This document shows positions 49,431 to 59,269 of a stretch of 64,000 nt of DNA, piece after piece. The notes below the pieces were generated by a model. The model searched no databases and was not told the origin of the DNA. It saw nothing but the letters and a program-made list of their open reading frames with translations. A program made the translations under genes and the position numbers. The stretch is from Vallitaleaceae bacterium (GTDB lineage: Bacteria > Bacillota > Clostridia > Lachnospirales > Vallitaleaceae): assembly GCA_963677915.2 (NCBI GenBank), contig CAXXGE010000035.1, positions 5,130 to 69,129 of the forward strand, in the 5' to 3' direction. The first letter of the stretch is position 1. Each line of letters opens with the position of its first letter.

Positions 49431-50927
49431 TTAAATTGCAGCTGCTCCGTTTTCCTTGAACCATCCGGCCAAGGAACCGTAAAGCGCCTGGTAGCCAGGG
49501 TAGCTTTTCTTGTACATATCCACATTCTCAATTATAGGATCGATATGGTTGACGATGCGAATCATTGCGTCGCAACCTTCCTCCACAGAAGTGAAGTGGC
49601 CTGCTGCGGTTGCCGCAAGAATAGCTGCTCCAAGAGCACCGCCTTGGTTCGTGTTTATTTCCTGTATGGTGCTGCCGAATATGTCAGCCAGGATCTGCTT
49701 CCACAGGGCGCTTTTCGCACCGCCTCCGATGACTCTTATTTCATGAGCGGGTACTCCAAGGTCCTTGAGGATTTCAAGTGAATCATTGAGTCCATAGGAT
49801 ACTCCTTCCAAAACCGCACGGGTCATATGACCTCTGGAAGTGTTCATCGTCATGCCGATGAAAGCGCCTTTTGCATCTGGATCGGCGTAGGGTGTTCTCT
49901 CGCCCATCAGATATGGCAGAAAATACAGACCGCCAGAGCCTGCAGGCACCTCTGCCGCCTCCTCCAGAAGCTTATCGAAGCCGACACCTGCATTCACCGA
50001 TTCCACCCACCACTTCAGGCAGTTGGCAGCAGAAAGCATAACACCCATGGAATGATATTTGCCGTTGGCGTGGCAAAATGCGTGCAGTCTGTTTTCTTCC
50101 TTGTCGACAGCGTAATTTTCATGGGCCGCAAATACAACACCAGAGGTCCCAAGGGTTACTGAAACGATCCCCTCACGAACCGTACCTGTTCCAACAGCGC
50201 CTGCCGCTTGGTCGCCGGCACCTGCTGCCACAACAATTTCTCCGCTCAGGCCGAGTTCTTCGAGCGCTTCACCCGATACATTGCCGCAGCTTTCATAGGA
50301 TTCATGCAGTTTTGGCAGCATGGATGATTCAATGCCCAGATAGTCAAGCATCTCTACCGACCACTTGCGTTTCTCGACATCAAGCAGCAGCATACCAGAA
50401 GCATCGGAAACATCAGTCGAGTAATTGCCTGTCAGCTTGAAGCTGATATAATCCTTTGGCAGCATGATATGTTTGATTTTTGCGAATATTTCAGGCCTAT
50501 TCTTTTTGACCCACAGGATCTTCGGTGCCGTGAAGCCCGTCAGCGCTTTGTTTCCTGTCAGCTCTGTCAGCTTTTCCTGTCCGAAGAATCCGGTTATGTC
50601 GTTACATTCTGCTTCGGTCCTGTTGTCACACCAAAGGATGGATGGAAGAAGAACGTCATTGTTCTCATCAAGTGCCACAAGGCCGTGCATCTGGCCGCTG
50701 AAGCTTATACCTCCGATGCTGTCCTTGGGTAGATTGTATTTCTCCATCAGCTCATGTACCGCAGCGACAGTTCCCTTCCACCAGTCATGGGGGTCTTGCT
50801 CAGCCCACTTGTCTTGAGGGAAGTATACTGGATATTCCTGCGACGCATCACCAATGATATTGTTCTTGTCGTCGATTGCGAGCACCTTTACAGATGAAGT
50901 GCCCAGGTCGATGCCCAGATAATGCAT
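49431..50927 (-). CDS. xylB: Xylulokinase
   Basis: 498 aa, FGGY kinase: YLGIDLGTSS.K... and GGGAKS. Confidence 0.9.
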   Translation of the reverse strand: MHYLGIDLGTSSVKVLAIDDKNNIIGDASQEYPVYFPQDKWAEQDPHDWWKGTVAAVHELMEKYNLPKDSIGGISFSGQMHGLVALDENNDVLLPSILWCDNRTEAECNDITGFFGQEKLTELTGNKALTGFTAPKILWVKKNRPEIFAKIKHIMLPKDYISFKLTGNYSTDVSDASGMLLLDVEKRKWSVEMLDYLGIESSMLPKLHESYESCGNVSGEALEELGLSGEIVVAAGAGDQAAGAVGTGTVREGIVSVTLGTSGVVFAAHENYAVDKEENRLHAFCHANGKYHSMGVMLSAANCLKWWVESVNAGVGFDKLLEEAAEVPAGSGGLYFLPYLMGERTPYADPDAKGAFIGMTMNTSRGHMTRAVLEGVSYGLNDSLEILKDLGVPAHEIRVIGGGAKSALWKQILADIFGSTIQEINTNQGGALGAAILAATAAGHFTSVEEGCDAMIRIVNHIDPIIENVDMYKKSYPGYQALYGSLAGWFKENGAAAI

Positions 50928-50938
50928 ATTTTGCTCCT

Positions 50939-52129
50939 CTATATAGTATTGCCTGTATAGTTGAAAATTGTCTCAAGGGGCAGCAAAGCTGCGCCTACTA
51001 GCGGACCGTCACCTTTTAGGGAAGAGAAGGATATCCGGGTTCCTTCATAAGCCATAAAGGAACTCTTCATCCTGCCTGTGCTTCCTGCATATGCCAGGAG
51101 TTCCTTTTCATATGCGCCCAGCTCACCGCCGATAATGACGCACTCCGGATTAAGGCCCAATATGATGTTTTCAATTCCTATAAAGAGATGAACCATGTAT
51201 TTTTCTATGGCTTCATCAATATGGGGAATCTCTTCACCAAGAGCCGAAAAGACTTCTTCAAAGGAGGACATGGATAAACCGGTCGCTTCCTTGACATAAC
51301 GCAGCATGGCTTTCTTGGATGCATAAAGCTCCCAACACCCCGTCCTTCCGCAGTTACATGTGAGAGCTTCGTTGGAAACCCGCATATGACCGAACTCACC
51401 TGCTTTTTTATGATGGCTTTTGTAGATGCGGCCGTTGATCATGATACCCGTACCGATACCTTCAGTTACGGATATGTAGACAACGTTGTCATTTCCTTTG
51501 GCATAACCGGCAACGATTTCTGCAAATGCACCTACATTGGCTTCGTTCTCGATAAAGACCGGCCACCCAAGCTCTTTTTCAAAGCTGTCGAAAGCAAAAT
51601 CCCTTATGCCGATATTAGGCGCATTCTCAAGTACTTTGTTTTCCTCGTCCACAAGTCCAGGAAGTGCAATCCCTACACCAAGCACCTTGTCACTCTGTAT
51701 GTTGTGCTTTTCTGTCAATTCCACGATTCTGTCCCGCACCGAAGAAAGCAATCCTTTGAAGCTGTCGGAAACGGTATCTGAAACAGCATAATGAAATGAA
51801 ATTCTATCTATCACTTCGGCATCGAGGTTCAACAGGGCAATCTTGATTTTCTCGGGCGTAATCTCCACCCCGAATGAGAAACGGGCTTCAGGTACGAACT
51901 TGAGCACAAGCGGCTTTCGTCCTCCTGTCGATTCAGCAGTACCTGCCGGCTCAATGATTCCCTCTTCCATCAGACTATTGACATTGGTAGTCACAGTAGG
52001 AAGACTGATACCCAGCAGCTTGGCAATCTCAAGCTTGGTCGTTTCCCCTTTATCTTTAATGGTGTTGATTACATTCACCCTGTTGATTTCCTTGATTTGT
52101 TCCTGTGTCAAGCCGATAGGCAGTGCCAT
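50939..52129 (-). CDS. xylR: ROK-family transcriptional regulator (XylR-like)
   Basis: N-terminal wHTH plus a ROK sugar-kinase-like fold with a CNCGRTGCWE zinc motif. It sits between xylA and xylB. Confidence 0.8.
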   Translation of the reverse strand: MALPIGLTQEQIKEINRVNVINTIKDKGETTKLEIAKLLGISLPTVTTNVNSLMEEGIIEPAGTAESTGGRKPLVLKFVPEARFSFGVEITPEKIKIALLNLDAEVIDRISFHYAVSDTVSDSFKGLLSSVRDRIVELTEKHNIQSDKVLGVGIALPGLVDEENKVLENAPNIGIRDFAFDSFEKELGWPVFIENEANVGAFAEIVAGYAKGNDNVVYISVTEGIGTGIMINGRIYKSHHKKAGEFGHMRVSNEALTCNCGRTGCWELYASKKAMLRYVKEATGLSMSSFEEVFSALGEEIPHIDEAIEKYMVHLFIGIENIILGLNPECVIIGGELGAYEKELLAYAGSTGRMKSSFMAYEGTRISFSSLKGDGPLVGAALLPLETIFNYTGNTI

Positions 52130-52183
52130 AGTACCATCCCTTTCTAATGCTGCATGCGGAATGCAACACTGTTGATGACTCTA

Positions 52184-53500
52184 TTATGCCTGATAGATAT
52201 ACCTGTTGACAATGTCCTCTAGCATTTCCTGGCGGCCAGAAACGTTTTTGATTTGATCATGTTCGTTGGCATAGGCAGCAAGCTTCTCGAAATCCGTTGT
52301 GCCTTCAACAATCTCTTTGCCGATACCTGTTGTATAGGAGCTGTATCTTTTTGCAACGAAGTCTTCAAGAACGCCGTCGACAAGAAGTTTTTCAGCTACA
52401 AGCAAGCCTTTTGCAAAAGTATCCATACCTACAATATAACTAATGAAGATATCATCTGGCTCGAAGGATCCCCTTCTGACCTTGGCGTCGAAGTTGAGGC
52501 CGCCCGGTGCGATACCGCCGTTTTTGAGAACTTCATACATGCACATGGTGGCATCGTAGATATTTGTCGGGAACTGGTCCGTATCCCAACCCAGAAGCAT
52601 GTCGCCCTGATTGGCATCGATGCTGCCGAGAACGCCGTTGATTCTGGACATCAGAAGCTCATGCTGGAAAGTGTGGCCTGCCAGTGTTGCGTGGTTGGCT
52701 TCGATGTTCATTTTGAAATCATCGATAAGATCATATTTTCTGAGGAAACCGAGTACTGTCATAGTATCGAAATCGTATTGGTGTTTTGTAGGCTCCTTGG
52801 GTTTTGGCTCGATAAGGAACTGGCCGTCGAAACCGATTTTTCTAGCATAGTCCTTAGCCATACGAAGGAATCGTGCCAGGTTGTCGTTTTCCAGGGCAAC
52901 ATCTGTGTTCAGCAGCGTTTCGTATCCTTCACGTCCGCCCCAGAAAACATAGTTCTCACCGCCTAAACGCTTGGTGATTTCAAGAGCTTTTTTGACTTGA
53001 GCCGCTGCAAATGCAAAAACATCTGCATTCGGTGAAGTGGACGCACCGTGCATGAATCTCGGATGGCTGAAAGCATTGGTTGTGCCCCAGAGGCACTTGA
53101 TGCCTGTCTCTTTCATCTTTTCTTCGATGCGGTCGACGATGATATCAAGATTAGCTTCTTTTTCTGCCAGGGAATTTCCTTCCGGAGCGATATCAAGGTC
53201 ATGGAAGCAGAAGAGCTCGATACCAAGCTTTTGCATCAATTCGAAAGCTGCGTCCACACGTGCTTTGGCAAGTTCCATGCCTTCAAGTGCATTGTAGGGA
53301 CGTTCCATAGTTGCATTACCGAATGGATCGTTGCCTCCACCAGTCATCGTGTGCCAGTAGCTCATTGCAAAACGAAGATGATCCTTCATCGGTTTTCCAG
53401 CGACTACCTTGTCTGCGTCATAGTATTTGAAAGCCAGCGGATTCGTTGATTCGCTTCCTTCAAAATTAATTTTGCCAATGTTTTCGAAATACTCTTTCAT
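52184..53500 (-). CDS. xylA: Xylose isomerase
   Basis: [15 protein letters not shown]...FCFHD...FLIEPKP.EP..HQYD... Internal ATG at 53500 with a GGAGG RBS. Confidence 0.95.
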   Translation of the reverse strand: MKEYFENIGKINFEGSESTNPLAFKYYDADKVVAGKPMKDHLRFAMSYWHTMTGGGNDPFGNATMERPYNALEGMELAKARVDAAFELMQKLGIELFCFHDLDIAPEGNSLAEKEANLDIIVDRIEEKMKETGIKCLWGTTNAFSHPRFMHGASTSPNADVFAFAAAQVKKALEITKRLGGENYVFWGGREGYETLLNTDVALENDNLARFLRMAKDYARKIGFDGQFLIEPKPKEPTKHQYDFDTMTVLGFLRKYDLIDDFKMNIEANHATLAGHTFQHELLMSRINGVLGSIDANQGDMLLGWDTDQFPTNIYDATMCMYEVLKNGGIAPGGLNFDAKVRRGSFEPDDIFISYIVGMDTFAKGLLVAEKLLVDGVLEDFVAKRYSSYTTGIGKEIVEGTTDFEKLAAYANEHDQIKNVSGRQEMLEDIVNRYIYQA

Positions 53501-53535
53501 TTGTAAAACCTCCACGTTTTTTCTTTTGAAAGTCG

Positions 53536-53547
53536 TTTTAATATGTT
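53536..53547. repeat. Copy B of the exact 12-mer TTTTAATATGTT (in the xylA 5' leader)
   Basis: Identical to 53592-53603, in direct orientation. Confidence 0.9.
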
Positions 53548-53558
53548 CATCTGAGGTT

Positions 53559-53587
53559 ATTATACACCCGTCTCGCATCTTTTGCAA
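53559..53587 (-). promoter_or_regulatory. xylA promoter (TTGCAA-17-TATAAT)
   Basis: Read from the reverse complement, about 55 nt upstream of the xylA ATG. Confidence 0.6.
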
Positions 53588-53591
53588 CCCA

Positions 53592-53603
53592 TTTTAATAT
53601 GTT
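53592..53603. repeat. Copy A of the exact 12-mer TTTTAATATGTT (just upstream of the -35)
   Basis: Identical to 53536-53547. Confidence 0.9.
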
Positions 53604-53613
53604 TTTAAATTAA

Positions 53614-53640
53614 TTGCCCCTAATGTAAAATCAGGGGCAA
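53614..53640 (-). other. Hairpin ttgcccct-N11-aggggcaa: possible IS200/IS605 right-end subterminal hairpin or terminator
   Basis: 8-bp GC-rich stem about 190 nt downstream of the tnpB stop. Confidence 0.4.
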
Positions 53641-53940
53641 GATCCTTGAAGTTCTGGTTAGTGGTGCTTGTTTTCGATGGAGGTGTCTATGGCTTATTTC
53701 AGTGAACTCACCCACCACTTTCGCTAAAAGCTGTGAAGTGGGGGCTTCCTGAGTAGAGTTGTCTGCCGACAACTAATTGATCAGGCTAACTCCGTAGTCC
53801 CAACGGTTTTGTTATATGTATTCATGTCAGTCTATCGACAGCAACATGACGATGCCCTGTTGTCTAATGTTGATGGCTGCATTATGGTCCCTTCCGATTA
53901 CCAGACCGCATTCCGGACAGGTCTTGCTGGACGGGAACCA
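53641..53940 (-). ncRNA. Candidate omega-RNA (reRNA) scaffold region of the tnpB remnant
   Basis: Called by position only: it overlaps the 3' end of tnpB and the downstream sequence. Local hairpins are gttgtc-ggca-gacaac and ccactt..aagtgg. Confidence 0.25.
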
Positions 53941-54774
53941 CTTGTCCAGCTTGATGAGAACCTTGCCCCGGTCCTCCAGCTTGTAGGCGAGCATGTTTCG
54001 AAACATGCCGAAGCCGTTGTCATGCAGGTTCTTACCAAGATTGAGGCACTGGGCCAGACTGCGAAGATCCAGATCTTCCACAACGACAGCATCGCAGTCT
54101 TCGGCAAGACGGTATGCCTTCTTGTGCAGCCAGTCCAAGCGCTGCCGTTTGATTTTGCTCTGTAGCCTTGATACCTTTTTCTTTTGTTTGATCCAGTTGG
54201 CAGATTTGAACTGCTTGCGTGACAGTTTACGTTGTTCCTTGACCAGCTTGTCTTCCTGCTGTCGGTAGAAATGAGGGTAATTGGCTGTCTCACCCTCTGA
54301 ATCGACATAGAAGTCCTGCTGGGCATAATCAAGGCCTACAATCTTGCTGGTGGACATGATAAAAGGCATAACCGGAGCGTCGTCATACTCCAGCAGAATG
54401 GAGATATCATAGTTTCCCAGAATATCCATGCTGATGGTTGCAGACTTGATCACCGAACCGGCTATCGGAGCACGATGCATGACAATATGTATCGGCGTTT
54501 TCAGTTTCGGTATCTTGATATAGGCCTTTCGGTCCTTCAGGTCACTGAATGTCAGTACATGCCCTTTGGTCTTGACCCACTTCCGAGACCGCTTCTTATA
54601 GGTGCTGCCGTGCTTGTTGTTGAATTGGCTGATGGATTCATCCCGCCACCTATGGAGGAGGGGGAATTCTCGCTGAATTATGTTAAAAAATCCAAACAAC
54701 ATTACCGGAAAGACGATACATGTGGCAGACAAGGGACTCAACTGCGCCCAGAATATCGTCTTTTCCAAAAGCAA
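53827..54774 (-). pseudogene. tnpB: IS200/IS605-family TnpB (IS1341/OrfB-type RNA-guided nuclease), N-terminally truncated and with a deleted zinc-finger segment
   Basis: RuvC-like motifs IVGLDY, AVVVEDLDL and GRDHNAAINI. Family-like sequence starts only at about 54651. CPECG is followed after 4 aa by RDHNAA, so the second CxxC is missing. Confidence 0.75.
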
Positions 54775-55597
54775 TGGCGATGGCTATCTGTTTCAAAAAC
54801 TGTTAAGGGGATCTCTGAAAAAGAAAAGATGTGGGTCCTACTCGATCAGGATTTCAACGAGAGGAAAGACACGAATGGCAAGGTTCTGTATCGTTACAAA
54901 TCCTGCGTCGACAAGTTCCCCTATATCGTGGAACATGATGGAAAAAAAGTCACTGTTCACCTGACAGAAAAAAGACTACTCACCCATATTCCAACGCTGG
55001 CTGCAAAAAAAGATACGAAATCAACAGAATGCTTGAAAAGACCAAAACCTTAACCGCATCCCAGGCAAAGAGAAAAGACTATGGGAAAACCGGAAAATAC
55101 GTGAATTTCACTGATGACAAAAGGAACAAGGCTGCTGTAAGCATCAATCAGGATTTCATTGACAAGGATTTGATGTTCGCAGGTTATAACCTTCTTGTCA
55201 CCTCTGAAGTTGAAATGACCGACCTTGATGCACGTCCTGTCTTCCTTCAAAAAAAGAAACCATCAAGGGACATTTCCTTATATGCTATCTCACTGTCCTT
55301 CTGGAAAGAATCCTGCAGTTCAAGGTGCTGGACAACCAATACTCCACTTCAGAAATGTTCAGTTTCATCAGAATTTTCAAGGCCACTAAAGCCGAGAGCA
55401 AATATATCAACACGACAACTTCCTCTGATTTCATTAATGATTTGTCACACATATTCGGCCTTCCGTTAACGAATTATTATCTGACTGAGACACAGATAAA
55501 ATCGATATTCAACCATAAAGTATTAATGAATCCCAAATTTCCGGACATTCAAAAGGCTGTTGCATTTCTGCAACAGCTCCTGCGCTTGTCAAACTGA
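54690..55597 (+). pseudogene. IS1634/IS4-family DDE transposase, C-terminal two-thirds, multiply frameshifted
   Basis: Family-like segments lie in three frames: HVADKGLNCAQNI..GDGYLF, then SKTVKGISEKEKMW...LYRYK, then SQAKRKDYGK..GYNLLVTSE..ARPVF, then (shifted) YSTSEMFSFIR... Confidence 0.65.
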
Positions 55598-55741
55598 AGG
55601 AAGCAGGTATAGAAAGTTTTCTTGTTGGCTCTTATGCAAAATACGGATGCTCTACCCGTTTTTGCTGAACTCGAACTTTTCTATAGCAGAACAAATGCGT
55701 AAAAAAGGAAGTCAACAAAGAAGTATATTATTCATAAAACA

Positions 55742-55771
55742 GACCAGCAAATCATGTATAGTTTGCTGGTC
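55742..55771 (-). terminator. Terminator after the radical SAM gene
   Basis: gaccagcaaa-N10-tttgctggtc, then TGTTTTAT on the minus strand. Confidence 0.65.
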
Positions 55772-55783
55772 AGTTTTACTGCT

Positions 55784-56896
55784 CTAATATGCAGATCTTG
55801 ATCTTCTATAAAACTGTGCCAGTTCATGAATCTTACCAGTATTCTTCCCATAGAAATGCTTATAGGCTTCACAGAAATATAGATTCTTGCCGTCACTGTG
55901 TCTTCTGCATCCACCTTGGCAAAGCCAGAAATATTCGCAGTTACGGCAATCCTCAATGAGTTCAAAGGATTCCAGAACGAACTTTTTGCCAACATCACTT
56001 ATCAGCATTGCTTGCAAGTCATCATCGACAATATTACCTAGCTTCCATTCATCCAGCACATAGAAATCGCAGGGATAGGCCGATCCGTCCGCTTCCACGA
56101 TAAGGTTCACACTGCACCCCTCACGCATGTCGCAGCTTTCTGCAGGATATCCCATAGCCATGCCGACAAGGTTGTCGAACATGCGGATGCTGATTTGCTT
56201 TCCAGTTTTCAAGTCATTGTACCAAGCGTTGAACAGTGTATCGAGAAACATCCCGTAGTCTTCCGGTGTCAGCGAGTAGACATGGCTCTCAGGTGCGCTT
56301 CCCAGTTCATCAAGGCACGGAATGAACTGAAGGTACCTAAAACCCTGTTTCTTCAGGTTGTTGTAGACCTTGGTGACGTGCTTAGCTACATTCTTTGTCA
56401 CAACAGTCAGCACATTGTAATCCACGTTGTGCTTGTCCATCAGTTTGGCGGCTTGAATAACCCTGTTGTAGGTTCCCTTGTTTTTTGGATCTACCCGGTT
56501 CAGATCGTGGATGTCCTTCGTCCCATCGATGGAGATGCCGACCAGGAACTTGTTTTCGCCAAGAAACTTGGCCCATTCCTCATCCATCAGCATGCCATTC
56601 GTCTGCATGGCGTAGTTGACCTTGATGCCTTTCGTATTGTATCTTGCGACAAACTCAATCAGCTTCCGGTAGAAGGGCAAGCCCACAAGGCTCGGTTCAC
56701 CGCCCTGGAATGCAAAATTCACCATGTCCAAATCCATGGCCAGCGCTTTCTTAACCAATACCTCCAAAGTCTCTGGACTCATCATGCCAAAGTCCGGCAC
56801 AATCCTTTTTTCAGTCACATCATGGTAAAAGCAATACCTGCACGCCAGGTTGCATCTGCCTGATGCGGGTTTTATCAGTATGGAAATTCCTCTCAT
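55784..56896 (-). CDS. Radical SAM/SPASM protein, anaerobic sulfatase-maturating enzyme (anSME) type
   Basis: LIKPASGRCNLACRYCFYH, AFQGGEP, and C-terminal SPASM cysteines (CDFYV..., CRNCEYFWLCQGGCRR). Collinear with my recollection of clostridial anSME. The ATG at 56896 is preceded by GGAG. Confidence 0.8.
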   Translation of the reverse strand: MRGISILIKPASGRCNLACRYCFYHDVTEKRIVPDFGMMSPETLEVLVKKALAMDLDMVNFAFQGGEPSLVGLPFYRKLIEFVARYNTKGIKVNYAMQTNGMLMDEEWAKFLGENKFLVGISIDGTKDIHDLNRVDPKNKGTYNRVIQAAKLMDKHNVDYNVLTVVTKNVAKHVTKVYNNLKKQGFRYLQFIPCLDELGSAPESHVYSLTPEDYGMFLDTLFNAWYNDLKTGKQISIRMFDNLVGMAMGYPAESCDMREGCSVNLIVEADGSAYPCDFYVLDEWKLGNIVDDDLQAMLISDVGKKFVLESFELIEDCRNCEYFWLCQGGCRRHSDGKNLYFCEAYKHFYGKNTGKIHELAQFYRRSRSAY

Positions 56897-56907
56897 TGCT
56901 GTTCTCC

Positions 56908-58062
56908 TTACTTCTCTTCCAACAATTCCTGCAGGCACATCATTGCAGCGCCGACTGCGATGGCATCTTCTCCAAATGCTGGTTTGTCGGTGAAAATGAT
57001 GCGGTCGCTTTTAGTTATGATCTTCCCTTTCGCTACAGCTATAGCTTTTTCAAAGAAAGAACTGCATGATCTGATAATCGGCCCGCTTATGACAACTTCG
57101 AAGGGACCCAATATGTTGATAAAATTAGCCAAGCCAGTACCAAAATATTCCGCTGCCATGTTAACAGTTGCGCCAGCTTGCTCATCTCCTTTATCGGATA
57201 CTTCGCATATATCCTTAATGGTTTTTTTCTCGCCGGATTGCTCTTCGTATATGGATTCGATACTTTCAACGGTACAATAGCACTCCAAACAGCCTCTATT
57301 GCCACATTGACACATGCGGCCATTGATGTCCACCGTCATATGGGCGAAGGCGTCCTCAAGGTTCTCTGTCGCCCGAAGGATGTTGTTTCCTGAATAGAAA
57401 GAACTTCTGATGCCTTTACCAAGGTTGAAATAGGCAATTTTTTTATTATGCAGCTTCCCTTTTTGTATCTCGCCCCAAAGGGCTGAATTGGCACCGTTGT
57501 CGATGAAGACACGTTTGTCCAGACTTTTTCCCAGACGCTCCTTGATGGCTACATCCTGCCAGCCTTCAGCAGTGAAGTTTGAAGGATTGAGTATAACACC
57601 CTTCTCCCTGTCGAGCGGTCCTACCGTACCAACACCAACAGCCAGCAACATATCCTTGTTTATATTGTTGGATGAAAGCATTTGATGGCAAACCTCTTCG
57701 ATCTGCTCCAATACATAGTCTGGTGTCGCCTTGCTGTTCATCGGAAACCGGACACGTGCGAGTATCTCCAGTTTGAAGTCCGTCATGGTGACAATCGTAT
57801 CGCTTCTTGAGATGTCGACACCAATCAGGCGGTAGTTGCGCGAATCCACACCGTAAATGACCGGTTTTCTTCCGCCGGAAGATTCGGCTATGCCTGTTTC
57901 TTCAATCAGCATTGAATCCAAAAGTCGCTTCATGACTCGGTTCAATGTTGTTAGTTTTATTCCCATTGCCCTCACGATTTCATCCTTCGTTGTTTCACCT
58001 TGCCTAAGGATAAAAGTAAAAACATTTTTCTCTTGATTGGTCAAATCCAAAAACGGATTCAT
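56908..58062 (-). CDS. ROK-family transcriptional regulator
   Basis: wHTH N-terminus (...TKDEIVRAMGIKLTTLNRVMKRL...) plus a ROK fold with CQCGNRGCLE. The ATG at 58062 is preceded by GAGGAG. Confidence 0.8.
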   Translation of the reverse strand: MNPFLDLTNQEKNVFTFILRQGETTKDEIVRAMGIKLTTLNRVMKRLLDSMLIEETGIAESSGGRKPVIYGVDSRNYRLIGVDISRSDTIVTMTDFKLEILARVRFPMNSKATPDYVLEQIEEVCHQMLSSNNINKDMLLAVGVGTVGPLDREKGVILNPSNFTAEGWQDVAIKERLGKSLDKRVFIDNGANSALWGEIQKGKLHNKKIAYFNLGKGIRSSFYSGNNILRATENLEDAFAHMTVDINGRMCQCGNRGCLECYCTVESIESIYEEQSGEKKTIKDICEVSDKGDEQAGATVNMAAEYFGTGLANFINILGPFEVVISGPIIRSCSSFFEKAIAVAKGKIITKSDRIIFTDKPAFGEDAIAVGAAMMCLQELLEEK

Positions 58063-58134
58063 TACACGACCGCTCCTCTCAGACATCTGTTTTATACAGT
58101 ATACAACCAATGATTTGAAAAGACAAATCTCACA

Positions 58135-58143
58135 GGTTTTATC
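58135..58143. repeat. Left copy of the 9-bp target-site duplication GGTTTTATC of the ISLre2-family element
   Basis: Exact copy at 63357-63365. Confidence 0.85.
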
Positions 58144-58403
58144 GGTAGCGTTAGTTTAGTGTAGGAAAAAGAAGATCAGAGAAGTCCTTCTTAAGATACG
58201 AGAAATATCGTCGGTTTTAGTTTATCACATTTATGTGTCATATGTTAGGTGTTCTATCTCAGACTGTCGTTTGTCCTTGACAACGAGCCTCCAGGAGCAC
58301 GATGTCTGCCCATCGCGGCATCACAATAAAGGGAGCTGTGCTGCCTTGCTTTAGGCTATCATGCTCCCCCTCATTGTAAAGGATTCGCTTCGCCAAACTC
58401 TTA

Positions 58404-59216
58404 TCAGATGATTCCCCGAAGTTGCTTGGACCATTTATACAGAAGGGTTCGTTTCCCTACACTCATGGCTGCAGTCTGCTTGTCCCATACATCCGTAAAT
58501 CGCCCTCTTTTTCTCTTGATTTCATTATCGACCTTGTTCCGTATTTCCTCCCGTATTACCCGTTTTTCCTCTTTGGCCTTGTACTTGATCAAGTCAATGA
58601 CTTTCCCGCCATTCGCTTTATAAACGCGTAATCTGGCCATTTTGTCGGCGCCTGTTTTCGACCATCCCAACGGACGGCTGCTCAGTCTCGACGAGAAGAT
58701 ATGGCTGACTTGTCCCTCGGCGCTGCTTCCCATCCTGGCATCCTCGTCTTGGTTCTTGATGATAATGGCTTCCCAATGGTTCAGGATATACCCTTGCGCC
58801 ATGCGCACCGCCATCTTCTTGCTTTCTTCCTCAGCTTGATCTATGGCAATATCAAAGATCCTTCTTATCTCATCTTTATCTTCAAAACTGATGGCATCGT
58901 AGATCCGGTCCCTTGCATCACAGACGGAATCACCCAGATGGCTGGTTCCCTTCTTGATATATTTGTTCAGATGGAAGGCATCCAACACAAACCGGCATTT
59001 GCTTCCCAATACGTGCCTTCCGCTTTTGATCCATCCGGCGCCGTCTCCCAGTATGTAGATCTTTTCCAAGTAGTCCATGTCGTAACAGGCTTCGATATAT
59101 TCATTCACTTCTTCCCACAGCTCTTCCCCTTTGCCATAGACGCCCCCAAAGTGGTATTTCCCCACAAGCCGATTCCTCTTGCTCTTCGGTCCTTCCTTTT
59201 CCATCCCCTCGAACAG
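58404..59216 (-). pseudogene. ISLre2/UPF0236-type transposase, C-terminal fragment
   Basis: ...GKYHFGGVY...YILGDGAGWIK...LDAFHLNKY... It joins in frame with 62586..63247 once the nested element and one TSD copy are removed, giving 490 codons. Confidence 0.85.
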
Positions 59217-59217
59217 A
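59212..59217. repeat. Left copy of the 5-6 bp TSD AACAG(A) of the nested transposon
   Basis: Exact copy at 62586-62591. Confidence 0.85.
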
Positions 59218-59269
59218 TGTTATTCGGCACATTATATGCTTTGCTTTTAATCCTTATCAGTCAAAATAA

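Noticed and set aside
52184-53587. N-terminal extensions of track ORFs: xylA to 53587, M16 peptidase to 19473, rplS to 38095, trmD to 38880, rpsO to 22151, hisH to 6606, the ATPase to 3465, and ylxQ to 27970.
   Set aside because: The extensions overlap upstream genes or intergenic signals and lack family similarity. The internal starts have good RBSs and reproduce the canonical protein N-termini.
53827-54774. Calling the tnpB remnant a functional TldR-like guide-RNA repressor of xylA.
   Set aside because: The N-terminal ~85 aa of the family fold are missing and are replaced by antisense read-through of another IS fragment, so a folded protein is doubtful. It is kept only as a low-prior alternative in the findings.
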